NCBI GenBank assembly: GCA_964016885.1
Contig: OZ024750.1
Coordinates: 9,424,001 to 9,488,000 of the forward strand
Origin: Eledone cirrhosa
Lineage: Eukaryota
Reading direction: 5' to 3'
Length of the DNA: 64,000 bases
The notes under the pieces: model-generated
Database searches by the model: none
The model's input: only the letters and a program-made list of their open reading frames with translations
Told to the model about the DNA's origin: nothing
Shown: positions 39,944-58,312 of the stretch, piece after piece
Numbering within the stretch: position 1 is the first letter of the stretch
How the letters are laid out: each line of letters begins with the position of its first letter
Program-made: the position numbers and the translations under genes

Positions 39944-41024
39944 ATCACACGTTACTGTTTTCAAGAAATGAATAATCCATTGGATATATTATCTCTGACA
40001 AAATAATAGAGCTGATCTGGAGATAAGCAGTAAAAAATAACCATCTTTCCAGATTATACCACATTACATGACGATGGTGTAATAAGGTTGCCTCATCAGG
40101 GAAAAACTTTCAATTATTTATCAGGTTTATATTTCCAAATTACTGAACAATTGTATAATTGGTTATAGACAAAGAACAGCCTATAATATATTTCAGAATA
40201 ATCATAAAATTTCATTTGAAAAGCACAACAGTTTCAGTAATGGCGGTGCCTCAGCATGATCTTAGCCTATGGTCTGGAACACATAACAGAGTGATAGTCT
40301 AATATATATATATATTGGTCTAGTCTTGTCTTATGATTGTGTGAGTGCACAGGTAAAACTTCAGAGTAATATGACTCACCACTTAGCTCTAATAAAGAAT
40401 ATTTCAACAAAGAACATCACCATATCAAATGACTAACCCTTATTAATTCTTTGAAGTTTCCCTGAAGAGGCTTAGCAAAAACACTAAAATCAACAATATA
40501 TACATATATTATATATATATAATAGATAGATAGATAGATAGATAGATATTGTTATACTTGGGGAGGGTCATATTGTTATAATATTGCCAGAAATAATAAC
40601 AGAACACACTCACTATTTGGTTTGAGTTGGTTTTCGCTTCTGTATTTTTTATATCTCCATAGTTAATTTATTTGGCAATCAATGTTTATCATTGATTGAC
40701 CAGCGGTTAAAAATACAGGTATATATATATATATATATATATATATTGATAGACTATATATATATATAAATATATATATAGTCTATCAAAGTTCTTTCGT
40801 TGCACATCTGCAACATCATCAGTGGTACTATTATGTTTCCTCCCATTAGAAATATATATAGTGGTAAAAAAGTCGGAGGTTATGTCCCAAGTTGGTATAG
40901 TCCAAAAGACAAGTTTGGTATGGAGTTAGTCCCACATCAAATTAACAAACCATTTTCGAGGGTTGCAAATCCCTCCGATGAAACACGTGTCCTTGATTAT
41001 GGATAGCTAATTTGTTGTGGAATT

Positions 41025-42581
<1,557 letters not shown>

Positions 42582-43051
42582 ATATATATATATATATGAG
42601 TGTTATAGTTTTCTACTTGAAGCATTTTGGAAAATGAAATATGAGTTAGTTTTAGGAAGCTGTGACAATACAAATAGAGTTATAAATATTAAAATAATAA
42701 TTTCATATCATGTTACCTTGGAAATATTTAATAATTCCCTTATAATTTCGCTAAAGTATCTCTGGGCAAAGAACCAATATTAGAAATGTAATGAATGTTT
42801 AATTCTTCTCTCTGATCTTTCTTTAAAATTACTCCTTTGTGTATCCTAAGACTAACTCATGAATACGTATATATTACCTCATAAATATATATATATATAT
42901 GTATGTGTGTATGTATGTATGTATATGTGTGTGTGTGTGAGTGTGTGTGAGTGTGTGTGTGTATGTAAAAGGGAAACAGAAATAACAACACAATTGGTAC
43001 AGTATATGGAAGGAATATATTAGGTTAACGCTTGAAATAGCAGGAAGAGTG

Positions 43052-43087
43052 TCTTAACGTTTCGGATGCTAGTCCTTCATCAGAAGA
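43052..43087 (-). ncRNA. Minimal type-I hammerhead ribozyme motif
   Basis: tctt-CTGATGA-a-gga-ctagca-tcc-GAAA-C-GT-T-aaga: 4-bp stem I, 3-bp stem II, palindromic ACGT stem III. Confidence 0.65.
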
Positions 43088-43557
43088 AAGAATGAGAAAT
43101 AAGGTAGATTGAAGGGACAGGTGGGTTGCCATTGGAAAAAATGTCTTTAAATAAAAAATAACAGGTCCATTCATGTTGACATATATATATATATATATAT
43201 GAAAGTTTCTTAAATATTGGACTGAAAAAAGAACAATAACGAAACCCAAACGAAGATTACCAGGTAACTTACTTTTCGTTACCTCATCTTACAGTCTATT
43301 TTTTGCATTGTTTAGCCTTCTATTGCTTTCAACGTTATATATATATATATGTGTGTGCATATAAAAGTATGTGTTCCTACATGTAATTAATATGCATAGG
43401 GACACAAGTATAGTCCAACCGTATGCCAGTGTGGTTCAATGGCAAGTTAATAAATTAACAAGCCAGAACATATAAAATCAAGGGAGTGTAAACACAGAAA
43501 ATATCTTTAAAAATATAATAAATAGATTCCAAAAAATTCACTGTACTTACTATATGT

Positions 43558-43638
43558 GCCCTTACCGCGGTTTCAGATCCCAAACAAATAGATAATCCAA
43601 GCGGATTTCCATTGAGAAAGAGATCATCGTCAGAAGGC
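43558..43638 (-). ncRNA. Type-I hammerhead ribozyme motif in a Penelope-like remnant (43470-43842)
   Basis: gcctt-CTGACGA-t-gatctc...gggatc-t-GAAA-ccgcgg-TA/agggc: 5-bp stem I, 6-bp stem II, ACCGCGGT palindrome; element ends inverted at 43470-43507 / 43806-43842. Confidence 0.7.
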
Positions 43639-43834
43639 TTTTATCTCTTGGAGAATATAAAATTCCCAAGTTCAAATTACAAACTGGCACCATTCAAAAC
43701 TGCCTCAGAATGAGAGTAAATGAATGATGAAACAATTTTGTTTGGTACCGCGTGCAAAGACAAAAAGGAAGGTGGACAGGTCAATCCTGTGCTGCTAAAA
43801 ATAGCAAGATATTTTCTGTGTTTACACTCCCTTG

Positions 43835-43868
<34 letters not shown>

Positions 43869-43872
<4 letters not shown>

Positions 43873-44072
43873 AATGAGTAGGACCCCAACGGCTTAGCTC
43901 AAGCCGTTTCGACAGCTAATTCTGGACTAGAATAGTCCAGAATTAGCCGTCAAAACAGCTTGAGCTCAGCCGTCGGGGTCCTACTCGTTCCTATTACCCA
44001 CTCTACTACCCTAAGTATTGAGTACTTTGGTGCGTTATGGTCCACCTGGTTCCTTACCACATTTCCTTCGTT
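43869..44072. mobile_element. Hairpin-forming Penelope-like remnant (fourth family)
   Basis: Arms of about 60 bp around 43930; copies at 4425-4523, 31038-31117, 33361-33534, 44910-45358, 48544-48705, 61141-61336, all abutting (TA)n. Confidence 0.55.
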
Positions 44073-44775
44073 ATATATATATATATATATATATATTGTG
44101 CTATGAAATCAGGAGGTTATCTCCATATTTCACCCAAAGGAATCTTTCCTTTGGGTGAAAAATGTTTTCAATAATGGTTTACTAATTTGTTGTGGAATTA
44201 AGCCCGTTTTGCTATCTGAATGGCACACCTAATTTTAAAATTGCTTTGAAGTTTTTTAGTAGTGCGGCCCACCTTGTAATGAGCCACATCCTATGTAGCC
44301 TACTGCTTGAAAAAGGTTGCCCATGTCTGGTTTAGATACTGACTGAGATTATACCTTTGTCACACTTATTGAAAACTGAGCAGCTTAATTGTTAAAGTAC
44401 CTGGATGATAATGAAGAATTATGTGTTCATGTTCCACCAATCTATCTAATTTACTTTATCATATATTTATGTAAGTTTTAATCAAGTATTTATAATTTGT
44501 TTCTGTAATGGTGCGTAATGTTTATGTACAAACATTATAGATTAATAAAGGCATTCAAGTTCCATTATAACCATCATCCTCGGCAGACTTTATCGTCACA
44601 TCTCCCAACAGTCATTTAGTTCATTTTATTTTTCTCATTTTGCAGAATTATTAAACCATCTTTCATATTCATTACTGAATTGCACCAAAGTTGATTCTTC
44701 CTCATCACCATCATCATCATCATCACTGTTTAATGTCAATTTTTCCACACTACCATCGATTCTTTCTCTCTCTCT

Positions 44776-44851
<76 letters not shown>

Positions 44852-46080
44852 CCTTCTCTGGAAGAAATCTGTTGTGTTCAGACCAGGAGAAGGATATATA
44901 TTATATATTATAGAGAGCTGGGACCCCGACAGCTGAGCTCTTGCCATTTCAACAGCTAGTTCCTGTCTGGAACTAGTTGTTGAAATGGCAAGAGTTCAGC
45001 TGTCGGGGTCCTGACTCTTTATAATATAGGCATACATTACTACCCCAAGTATCGAGTACTCTGTTGAGTAATGGTCTAACTAGTTTCAAACTGGTTCTAT
45101 CCTGATTTATATATCTCAGCCGTCGGGGTCCTGACTCTTTTTCTATTACCCACTCTACTACCCTAAGTATTGAGTACTCTGGTGCGTTATGGTCCACTTG
45201 GTATCTTACCACACTCACTTTGTTCTTTAGCTCCTACTTCCAGAGTGGAGCACTCTTCAACCCCTACCACACTCAAATGCCGACAGTACTACCAAGAGTT
45301 TGGATCTAGTTGTCAAAACAGCCAGAGCTCAGCAGTTGGGGTTTTGACTCTTTTCCTATATATATATATATGCATAAATTATGTTACTTCAATATATATA
45401 TTTACTACATATATTTGCATATATTACATAGAACATAAGTCAGCGACATATTTTACCATGTACATGAGTTGTTTGGTGACATTCTGGCTTTCAGTGATCA
45501 ATCCATTTCTAAACTGAAGAGAGGTTTAAATAGGATGAACTTGTAAGATGAAGTTTGATACAGAAAAATATTGGTAAAGGAAGAATTTTCAATAAAACAT
45601 AAAGAATTTTTTATGTATTAAATGACAAGAAGAATAAGAAATTATGATGTGAAGACTAGATGAGAGAAATTAGTTGTAAAGATTGGTAGTAGGATGGAAT
45701 TGGCATCCTTATTGTTAGAGACTTAAAGAGAAAATAATATAGAAAGACTAAAAGACTAAAAGAAATGAAGAGAGAAGGAATGGAAAGAAGAAATAAAAGA
45801 AGAAATAAATCAATATTGTGAGTGTTGTCATACTGTAACAACACTGGAATGGTTGTTAGAGAGAGATTGTCAGTTTTTCTTGTAAAGAGCTTTGAGGAAT
45901 TTGCTACAGAATTGGTTGAAGAAGAGTTTCGATTGGCAGGATATTGGATATGAGATGTGAGCGTGTGTGTGTGTATGTGTGTATGAGTATGTGTGTGTGT
46001 GTATGTATGAGTGCGTGTGTGTGTAAAGAAAACAAATAATATAGACAGAAGCAAATGGATACATTTTCTGGGAACAGAAC

Positions 46081-48200
<2,120 letters not shown>

Positions 48201-48443
48201 TCATTTTACGTCCACTCTTCCCTGCTTGCAAGGGTACATATATAATAATAGTGAGTAAAATCGAAGTTGCTGCTGTGATTAGCATTTTTCGAACTCCATC
48301 TTCAGAAGCTGGCACGAAGCACTCAATGAGAGGATATTGATAAATCAATAAGTTATAGCTGAGAGTAATAACAATACATTAGGGGTGTGGCACAGGGAAA
48401 ATTGCGGCCAGAGAAAGTTGCCACACAAGCCTCTACAACAACA

Positions 48444-48494
<51 letters not shown>

Positions 48495-48926
48495 GTATGG
48501 TGTATATATATATATATGTATATGTGTGTATATATATATTTATATAGGAACAAGTATGACCCCGACGGCAGAGCTCAAGCCGTTTCGACGGCTAATTCTG
48601 GACTAAATAAGAATACTTGTTCCTATTACCTACTCTACTACCTTAAGTATTGAGTACTTTGGTGCGTTATGGTCCATCTGGTTCCTTACCACATTTCCTT
48701 TGTTATAAATATATATATATGTGTGTGTGTATATATATATATGTATATATATATGGATATATATATATATATGTGTATGTGTATATATATATCTGTAGTG
48801 AGTAGCTCACAACACAGCACTCAGTCAAGAGTTAGTTCCACGACAAATTACCAAACCATACTCAAGGACACAAGTTTCACCCAACGGATTTTCAACCCAA
48901 GTGAGGTTGTGCTGAAAATGGAAGTC

Positions 48927-48978
<52 letters not shown>

Positions 48979-49334
48979 ACAGACAGACAGATATCTTAGC
49001 CTTGGTTTTTGGTCTCTCATACCTTAAAGTGCACAATTCAACAAGTTTCTGCCAATAGAGTTGATCTGCTTCAGTTATCTCTCTATACTTTTCTAATTTG
49101 TTCTTATGGTGTCTGAAGAACTCCTGGAATTGTTTAGCATCAGATGTTCTTGAGCTAGCCCCCATCTCTGCTTTCCTTTCTCCACTGACCATAAAATTGC
49201 AGTCCTCACATGCTGAGTAGCTTCAGGTGTAAAATGTGGCCTGCCAAGTGAAATTGATGCAGTGCCATGGTGATGTGCAGTGGGCGCGGCTTGCTATGTA
49301 AATTAATTTCTTCTAATATACATGTGTCTGCATG

Positions 49335-49366
<32 letters not shown>

Positions 49367-50909
49367 AAGAAAGAAAGATCTTGTGCTTATATAATAATTA
49401 CAATATATTTATACCCTTTATATATAGCTTATTTCTTATAGAAATGTTGAACTAATATTTTTTATTTTGTAATTAATTACAGAATTAATTGTGCACAAAT
49501 TAATTAAATATTTTTGTTTATATTTTGAAATTAAAACTAATTTTCAATGCCATAATCTTTATAGATTTTTCTGAAAGAAGAATAATGAATCATTTGTTAA
49601 AATCAATATTAAAAAATAGTTGTTGCCATTCAATATACATTATAAGGATATCAATGGTCTATTGGATAAACATCTAAAGTTCCATCTATAATACACCAGA
49701 GCTATAAAAAGGTTTGATAACCCCATAGAGTTAAATTTAAGGTTTCTGGTCCTGCTCCTTTTTTGAGAGTGAGGAAAGAGGAAAAGTTTGATTGTCACAT
49801 GACAATGCTTTTTAATTTTGCTTCCTTCTCAAGACAAATTCATGAAACTCTCATGTTCACTAATTATTTCTAAGGAAGATATTACTCATGGCCTCAGGTT
49901 TTAGAGTTTACCCTATCAGTATTGTTTAGCAATTGAGAGGTTATAGATTCATATTCAATCTCACTCGTTGTTATGCATTTTCGAATAAAACAAGACCCAA
50001 TTACTCTACCATCTTATTTCATTTAATTGAGAAAACATGGACACTTCAAACCAGAAAGAGAACTTTTATGTTGTTGTTGGAATTAATTGCTTAATTGGCT
50101 GGAATTGGCAGCAAAATCTTCTTCAAATTATACTACTATGTATCTAGGTAGCAGAAGCTATCAATTACTTCTATAGTTTCTACCTTCTTACTATCAATTA
50201 TCCCTGTACACCTACTACATATGAAGTCTTCCTTTCCAGTTAATTTGCTTGCTATCCCACTACCCCTCTTGTGTAGCCAAGACTTACATTGTGTTTGTGA
50301 TTACACCTTTACATCAAACAGGGCCACGTACTTGATGGGGTCAGAGTTCTGTCTTCTTTTCTGCTTAAAACAATATTTCTATTCATAATCAGTGTCACAA
50401 TATTCCTTCTCTAATACAGCCCACAAGTACATATACACACTGATAATACTCACAGACACACACATAGACTAGGCTTTTACAACACACTAACACACACAAA
50501 CACACACCTTCAATACATACACATGTACATACAAACATGTACATACAATGTACATACACACATGTACATACAAACAAAAACAAGCAAAAACTAAAACCAA
50601 CTCACAGACACCTATTTTACTTTTTTTTAATAATACACACCTAGTGCACACACACACACACACACACCGAGACAGGCACACATAAGCATACACACATATA
50701 ACTTCACCTTAACCTTTCATAACTACAGATCTATTAATATTTCTGGCAGCTCTATTCACCATTTTGTCCATCATTCACACATTTAACATCACCCTGACCT
50801 ACTGTCTCTATAAATTGTTTGTGATAATCCCCAGACATTCATCTTTCCTCACTTTTTCTTCTCTTTAAATTTATCTCATTTTAACCCTCTTACCACATTC
50901 TTCTTCTAA

Positions 50910-51210
50910 CCAGCACTAATATTAATTCTACCAGCCTTAACATTAATTCTACCAGCCTTAACATTAATTCTACCAGCACTAACATTAATTCTACCAACTC
51001 TAATATTAATTCTACCAGCACTAACATAAATTCTACCAGCCCTATTATCAATTCTACCAGCTCTAATATTAATTCTACCAGCACTAACATTAATTCTACC
51101 AGCCTTAACATTAATTCTACCAGCCCTATGATCAATTCTACCAGCCTTATTATCAATTCTACCGGCTCTAATATTAATTCTACCAGCCCTAACATAAATG
51201 TTACCAGCCC
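50910..51210. repeat. 21-bp minisatellite, about 14 copies (ttaattctaccagccttaaca)
   Basis: 7-aa periodicity in ORFs 50890..51312 and 50906..51247. Confidence 0.92.
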
Positions 51211-51923
51211 TTCTGGGATTACTATACCATGTGTTTCTTTTGACCACAGTTTTTTCATCTCCAAGTGAACCATCTCTTGGAAAGTACTTGAATTTTCACA
51301 CCAACTTCTCAAATCATATTTTTACACCATTGTTCTCTGGCACACACTCTTCTCTTATACAAATTGCACACAATATACAAATACACACACACACACACAC
51401 AGACACACCTGTAAGCATACACAAATATATGCCAATACTTCAATGTAAATACATAAAACATGCTCAATGACCACAAATGCACCTGTACAGTAATTAATTC
51501 ATGCAATGCACCTCAATTAAACATGCACACTAGCTCCACAGATAGACTCAGATACTCTGCCACCACTACTACATACACACACACCTCATATCCTCATACA
51601 GGAGTACTGCCTGTCCACTTCACCTCTATTTATAACCACCCTCTCCACCCTCCTCCTCTCCTATCACTGTTAATGATATTCTGCTTGTTTGAAGTCTCAT
51701 TCATAACTGAACAGTTTTGTAAAAATATCTTTCTAAAATTATCACTGGTTGACTGACCATAGCTTTTCAATGTAGAAATGTCCTTTTTGAGCAACGAAGC
51801 AGAAAGGATATCCTTCTAATATTGTTTAAGCAGACGAAATGTGTATATATTTTGAATAATAAAGTTACAGAAAGACACGTGCTGCAAAAAATAATAACAA
51901 TGTTCTCAATTTGGTACTTACAG

Positions 51924-51948
51924 GGCAAATTGGTTGAAATCTATGTCT
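51924..51948 (+). CDS. Candidate 25-nt micro-exon (GKLVEIYV-F)
   Basis: ttctcaatttggtacttacag| and TCT|gtaagt. Confidence 0.4.
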
Positions 51949-52162
51949 GTAAGTCAATACACTTACAGTTCATATAGCTACCATTGAACTTAAATTGTAT
52001 TAATATGTATAAGGATAAAAATAGTATGTTAAATGGTGTAAATAAATTTAATATATGTTATTAATGTCTTAGAAAATGGTTTATATGTTTATCTTGGCCT
52101 ACACCAACCATACACCAAAGGAGGCCATCCATGCAACCTTTGCTCTGACAATACCATAAACA

Positions 52163-52348
52163 TAATTGTTACTACTTTGGGCACAAGGCCAGCAATTACC
52201 CAGTAAATTACTGGTTCTTTATTTTATCGACCCCGTAAGGATGAAAGGCAAAGTTAACCTCAGCAGGATTTGAACTCAGAATGGCAAGGGCCGTAACTCT
52301 ATGTGTCAAAGCATGGTGTCCGACCCTCTACCGATACTGCCAATCCAC
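52163..52348 (-). mobile_element. OK-like SINE (family B)
   Basis: Reverse complement of 2448-2638. Confidence 0.85.
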
Positions 52349-52838
52349 AATGTTCACTAATAAACAACTACTTAGTAGAAAATAAACTTGTTACATCGTG
52401 CAGACACAGGAGATATAAAAGTTACTTTAATCTCAAACTTGTAGATGATTCCAGAGGGTAAGACCACTTGTTACTATTACACACAGACACACCACTAACC
52501 TCAAGACAATTCAAAATCTTTAATATACTCTAGTTATGAGGCACACATCTCTACAAGGCATAGATGACACAAATTCAACATCACAAACAACTACTAGGCC
52601 ACACTAGACTCCTCCCTGGACAGGACACCAGTTCATCATAGGATTAAACTCCCCAGCTATTACTGGTACTCATTTTCAGCTGAGTATACTGGAGCAACAG
52701 GAAATGAACTATTTTTCTCAAGAACATAACGCAGCCCAGGAATCAAACCCACAACATTATGATCGTAAGTCCAATACCTTTACCACTAGGACACGGGCCT
52801 CCACATAACCATATCTGGTTAATGTATTTGATGTTAAG

Positions 52839-52852
52839 TTTGTTTGAAACTG
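52839..52852 (+). CDS. Candidate 14-nt micro-exon (F-CLKL)
   Basis: Perfect donor CTG|gtaagt; weak acceptor ttgatgttaag|. Confidence 0.25.
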
Positions 52853-53789
52853 GTAAGTTTCTTAATGTTTGGCAGCATGACAAAATATTATGACACAGCC
52901 AACATTCTGATAGTTTTAAATTCATTTTGAAGGATCTATTAAAACTTAAACATGGTGTGATAGGAATGTTGAAATATTACTGAAAGCTATACAACTCTAT
53001 AGGAACTTTCCTAGAGGAGTTTAATCAGTCCATTTGTCATATGGTGTGAGGAGTCTAACATTTCTGACTATTGTCCTTCATCTGAAAGAGAGATAGAGGG
53101 GAGAGGGAGAGAAGGAGAGAGATAGAAAGAGAGGGGGGGGTAGAGAAAGCTGCTGAGATAGAAATAGGTCTGGAGATAGAAAGATACAGAGATAGGTCAG
53201 GAGATAGATAGATAGAGAGAGAGAGATAGAGAGTGAGAGAGGTGGACAAAGAAGAGGAGAGAGAGAAAGAGAGAGACAAAAAGAAGGAGGGCTGGAAGTC
53301 AGAAGAGAGAGAGATAGGTCAAAAGATAGAGAAATAGATTGATAAAGAGACAGAGAGAGAGAGAGGGGTCAGAAGATAGAGAAATAGATGGACAAAGAGA
53401 GAGAGAGACAGAGAGATTTGGCTCCATCACAATAATCTGTTTACTTTGAATTCTAAATTTTACTTCAGAAAAATCTATGTCTATTTAGAAAATAGCTTGG
53501 AAACCAAACCACGTGGGAATGGTGGTGCTATAATGTCTGATGTGACACCTAATTTGTAGAATCTGTTGAGAATTGAAGATTTTAGATCTATGACAGTTGC
53601 AACAACTAGCTTCCATTTAATGATCTCTTTAATCTTTTTATGGAAGCATCATGTTCTGGCTAAGGGATGCTCTATCTAATATAATCTGGTGTTGTGGATA
53701 ATGATTGATGGCATTTAGAGACTCTCTTCTTAGGAGTGTCGAGTGATGGGAGGTTTACTAGTGTCACTAATAAAGACCATGTTAAGATA

Positions 53790-54385
53790 TTACTGAGTTC
53801 AAATCTCACCGAGGTTAGCTTAGCCTTTCATCCTTATGGGATCGATAAAATAAAGTACTGGGTACATACTGGGGGTCGATTTATTCAACTTTCCCCTCTC
53901 CTAAATTTGTTTAATTTTTGCCAAAATCAGAAACCATTATATGGGTGATACTTAAGGTGTTGGATCAGCAGAATTGGTAGAGCGTTAGACACCCTGCTTC
54001 GAGGCATAGAGTTATGGCCCTTTACGTTCTGATTTCAAATCCTGCTGAGGTTAGCTTTGCCTTTCGTCCTTACAGGGTCGATAAAATAAAGTACCAGTAA
54101 TGCACTGGTATCGATTTAATCGGCTCAGCCTTGTGCCTAAAGTAGAAACAGTTATGATAGGTTCATGGGGGGAGGTGAAATAGCAGTAGTTGGTAGAGCA
54201 TCAAACACCCTGCTTTGCGACACAGAGTTACGGCCCTTTACGTTCTGATTTCAAATCCTGCCGAGGTTAGCTTTGCCTTTTCTCCTTACAGGGTCGATAA
54301 AATAAAGTACCAGTAATGCATTGAGGTCAATTTAATCGACTTCCCCCGTAAAATTGCTGGCCTTGTGCCTATCGTAGAAACCAAT
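53790..54385 (+). mobile_element. Three tandem family B SINE copies
   Basis: Repeated ttcaaatc..gaggttagcttt/agcctttc..gataaaataaagtac blocks. Confidence 0.8.
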
Positions 54386-54486
54386 ATGTTCCGTTGATCG
54401 AAACAATTGGAACACTTGATGTTGTAACACATGGAGTGTTAGTTATATTGTGTGTGGGGGGTATACGTGTGTGTGTGTATGTGGGA

Positions 54487-54517
<31 letters not shown>

Positions 54518-54722
54518 CTGCAAAATTATCTCACTGCTATCAATTCATGCCAGTTCCATGTGTGTGAGAAGAACTCAATACTACCTTTCTCCCTTTGACA
54601 CCTTATCAATAATTGATTATAGAAATTTGGAAATAAATAAATCAAAACTGTCAGTATTCTTTGCCAAAAGAGGCTGCATTCTATTTCTTCTTTCTTTCTT
54701 TCTTTCTTTGTCTTCTATTTCC

Positions 54723-54785
<63 letters not shown>

Positions 54786-54919
54786 CTATACATGTATATA
54801 TACACACTCACATATACATACATATATACACATGCATATATATTACTATATGTATGTATGTGTATAGATGCTTAAATAATGCTATTGATAAGATATATAT
54901 ATATATGTATGTATGTATG

Positions 54920-54954
<35 letters not shown>

Positions 54955-55069
54955 CAGGATAGAACCAGATAAAAGTAGTGAGACCATTACTCAACAGAGT
55001 ACTCGATACTTGGGGTAGTAGAGTGTTGTAATATTATAAAGAGACGGATCCCTATATATATATATATAT

Positions 55070-55333
55070 ACATCATCATCATCATCATCGTCATCGTTTA
55101 ACGTCCATCTTCCACGCTAGCATGGGTTGGACGGTTTTGTCCGACTTGAGGCGAGATTGGTCGGGAGACCATGTCTCGCTTGTACAGAACTGTCTCTGGC
55201 AGGTTTTCTACAATGCCCTTCCTAACACCAACAACATTTACCGTGTAGACTGGGAGCCTTTTCACAGTGTGCCCTACACAACCATTTTACAGTGGACAGA
55301 AATGGGAGGATGGAGTAGGGCATGCGGGGTGGG

Positions 55334-55336
<3 letters not shown>
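55070..55336 (-). mobile_element. RTE 3'UTR fragment
   Basis: C-rich leader, 48-bp unit and tail as at 16320-17137. Confidence 0.75.
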
Positions 55337-55382
<46 letters not shown>

Positions 55383-55493
55383 TAACAGATTAAAGTTTAA
55401 GCGTTTAAGCAAAGAATCGCTGCTTTCACCCGTAACGGGATCTTCTAGGGTTCTTATATATTTGATATATATTTATCCTTATCGAGCCGTTAA

Positions 55494-55802
55494 AGCATTG
55501 GCCTTGCAATCGAAAAGTTGTGAGTTCAATTCTCAGACCAGGTGATGTGTTGTTTCCTTGAGCAAGACACTTTATTTCACATTGCTCCAGTTTACTCAGC
55601 TGTAGAAATGAGATGATAGGGACTGGGGTCCATATCGTTCCACTGCAAAGTGGTCGTGGAGGTGCCACGGCAAAAAAGCACCCAGCACTCACTGTAAATG
55701 AGGTTGGTGTTAGGAAGGGCATCCAGCTGTAGAAATCAAGCCAGAATCAGTTCCCGTCCCACCCTTGCAAGCAGGGAAAAGCGGACGTAAAATGATGATG
55801 AT
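55494..55802 (+). mobile_element. Family A CORE SINE
   Basis: Matches 2073-2392. Confidence 0.9.
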
Positions 55803-56488
55803 ATATATATACAGAAAGAGTGATAGATAGATAAATAGAGAGATATACTCTATATGTAAATGCATATATTATCTGCACATGTATAACCCCCTATTTCCTG
55901 TCTCTTATAAATATGGAAATCCAATAATTATAAAATCTGAACTTAGCTCATCACATACACACACATATATATGTATATATATGTGTGTGTGTATGTATGT
56001 ATATATATGTGTAAATATGTATGTATATATGTATATATATATGTATGTATATATGTATATATGTACATACATGTATGTATATATATACATATATTTATAA
56101 GTATATATATCTACATATATATATATGTATATATGTATATATATATATGTGTGTATATATGTATAAATATATATATGTATATATGTATATATATATATAT
56201 ATAAATATATTACTTCAAAATATTAATAAATATAGACATTCATGTGATCAAATATATTTTATTATACATATTTCAGAGGTACTGAGCTATTTCATCAGTA
56301 CGTCCTCATCAGATAAAATAAATTGATGTCTGACATACCTCAACTGTGCTGATGGTTCAATTCCAGTGTTGGCATACTGTTGAGTGCTTCTAATCTATTG
56401 TAAAACTTTATTCATTGATTAATCAATGAACCTTGTTAAACTTTTGGTTATATACAAATATATATATTTATACATTTATATTTATATA

Positions 56489-56562
<74 letters not shown>

Positions 56563-56579
56563 CATATATATATATATAT

Positions 56580-56928
56580 ATCATCATCATCATTCATCAT
56601 TTCATTTAACGTCCGCTTTTCCCTGCTTGCAAGGGTGGGACGGGAACTGGTTCTGGCTTGATTTCTACAGCTGGATGCCCTTCCTAACACCAACCTCATT
56701 TACAGTGAGTGCTGGGTGCTTTTTTGCCGTGGCACCTCCACGACCACTTTGTAGTGGAATGATAGGGACCCCAGTCCCTATCATCTCATTTCTACAGCTG
56801 AGTAAACTGGAGCAACGTGAAATAAAGTGTCTTGCTCAAGAAAACAACACATCACCCGGTCTGAGAATTGAACTCACAACCTTTCGATTGCAAGGCCAAT
56901 GCTCTAACCACTAAGCCATGTGCCTCCA
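56580..56928 (-). mobile_element. Family A CORE SINE, full length
   Basis: Reverse complement of 2050-2392. Confidence 0.9.
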
Positions 56929-57198
56929 TATATATATATATATATATATGTATAGTGGGGGGGGGGCCTATGAGTGTATATGTGCATATATATGTGAGTG
57001 TGTCTATGTGTATGTATTTTGAAGCAGTTATTTATGCAAAAACTATACATTATCCTCCTAACTGCATGTATAAATCATGTTGAATGTTAAGCAGAAGATG
57101 AATTTAAAATTCAATATTATATATTCTATGTAAGTAGAAAGTTCTCTTCCAGCATTTGCCGTTGTATTCTTATATTTATGTCTTTTCTTCAGTGTAGA

Positions 57199-57229
<31 letters not shown>

Positions 57230-57269
57230 AGTATATATGTGTATATATATACATATATGTATATGTATA

Positions 57270-57348
<79 letters not shown>

Positions 57349-57610
57349 GTGTGTGTGTATGTATATATGTATATATATATATATATGTTTATATGTATAT
57401 ACATATATGTGCATATGTATATGTAATGTATATATATGTATATGATTATGTATACATATGTATATATATATGATTATGTATATATATGTATATATATATG
57501 TATGTATATATATATATAATGGAAAAATTTGAACAGGGACAAAACAGAGAGGCAGTACAACGAATGTTTATTAATTTCACGCTCTGGAGAGTGGGGTATT
57601 GGTGGGGGAC

Positions 57611-57726
<116 letters not shown>

Positions 57727-58101
57727 TGTGTATGTATATATATATATATATGTATGTATATATATATATGTATGTGTATGTATATATATATATATATATG
57801 CACATATGTATATATATATGTATATATGTATAAATGTACATATCTATATATATGTATACACATGTATATATATATATATATATATATATTAATGTAGTTA
57901 ATACAAATCATTTCAAGATATATAATAAATGACTGATAAATTTCAGGAAGCTGGTACAATGTGCTTGAAATATTCCGGGTAAAAACCATTTCTTGATTTC
58001 ATTTGCCATCCTTTACCCTTTATATATTTATATATTTCTACTGCATTGAACTGACTCTCTGAACATATATATATATACAGATATATATATACCCTAACGG
58101 G

Positions 58102-58165
<64 letters not shown>

Positions 58166-58257
58166 ATATATATAAATATATATATATGTATGTATGTATA
58201 TAATCATGAAGTACAAGTCGACATGTTATAATTCACTTTATTTATTCATAATCACTA

Positions 58258-58312
58258 ATATATATATATTTCAGTGATAACCGTTATGCAACAGTTATGA
58301 CTTCATCAGACA
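58258..58312 (-). ncRNA. Hammerhead-like motif with long stem II
   Basis: CTGATGA-agtcataactgtt-gcat-aacggttatcact-GAAA-tatata-TA; 12 of 13 stem II pairs; stem I poor. Confidence 0.5.

Noticed and set aside
40380-40388. Minus-strand 9-nt micro-exon-like site (tag|agctaagtg|gtgagt)
   Set aside because: Isolated; recorded as a control showing that such sites arise by chance
44646-44830. Strong acceptor followed by a Ser-rich then hydrophobic frame resembling a GPI-signal exon
   Set aside because: The Ser and hydrophobic parts are an antisense RTE tail and a (CT)n microsatellite; no donor or other support
48926-49192. 88-aa minus ORF
   Set aside because: Weak resemblance to a decayed RTE C-terminus, running into microsatellite; not supportable as a host gene
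50890-51312. Heptad LVELMLR / AGRINVK ORFs resembling coiled coils
   Set aside because: 21-bp minisatellite open in two frames; no unique coding flanks
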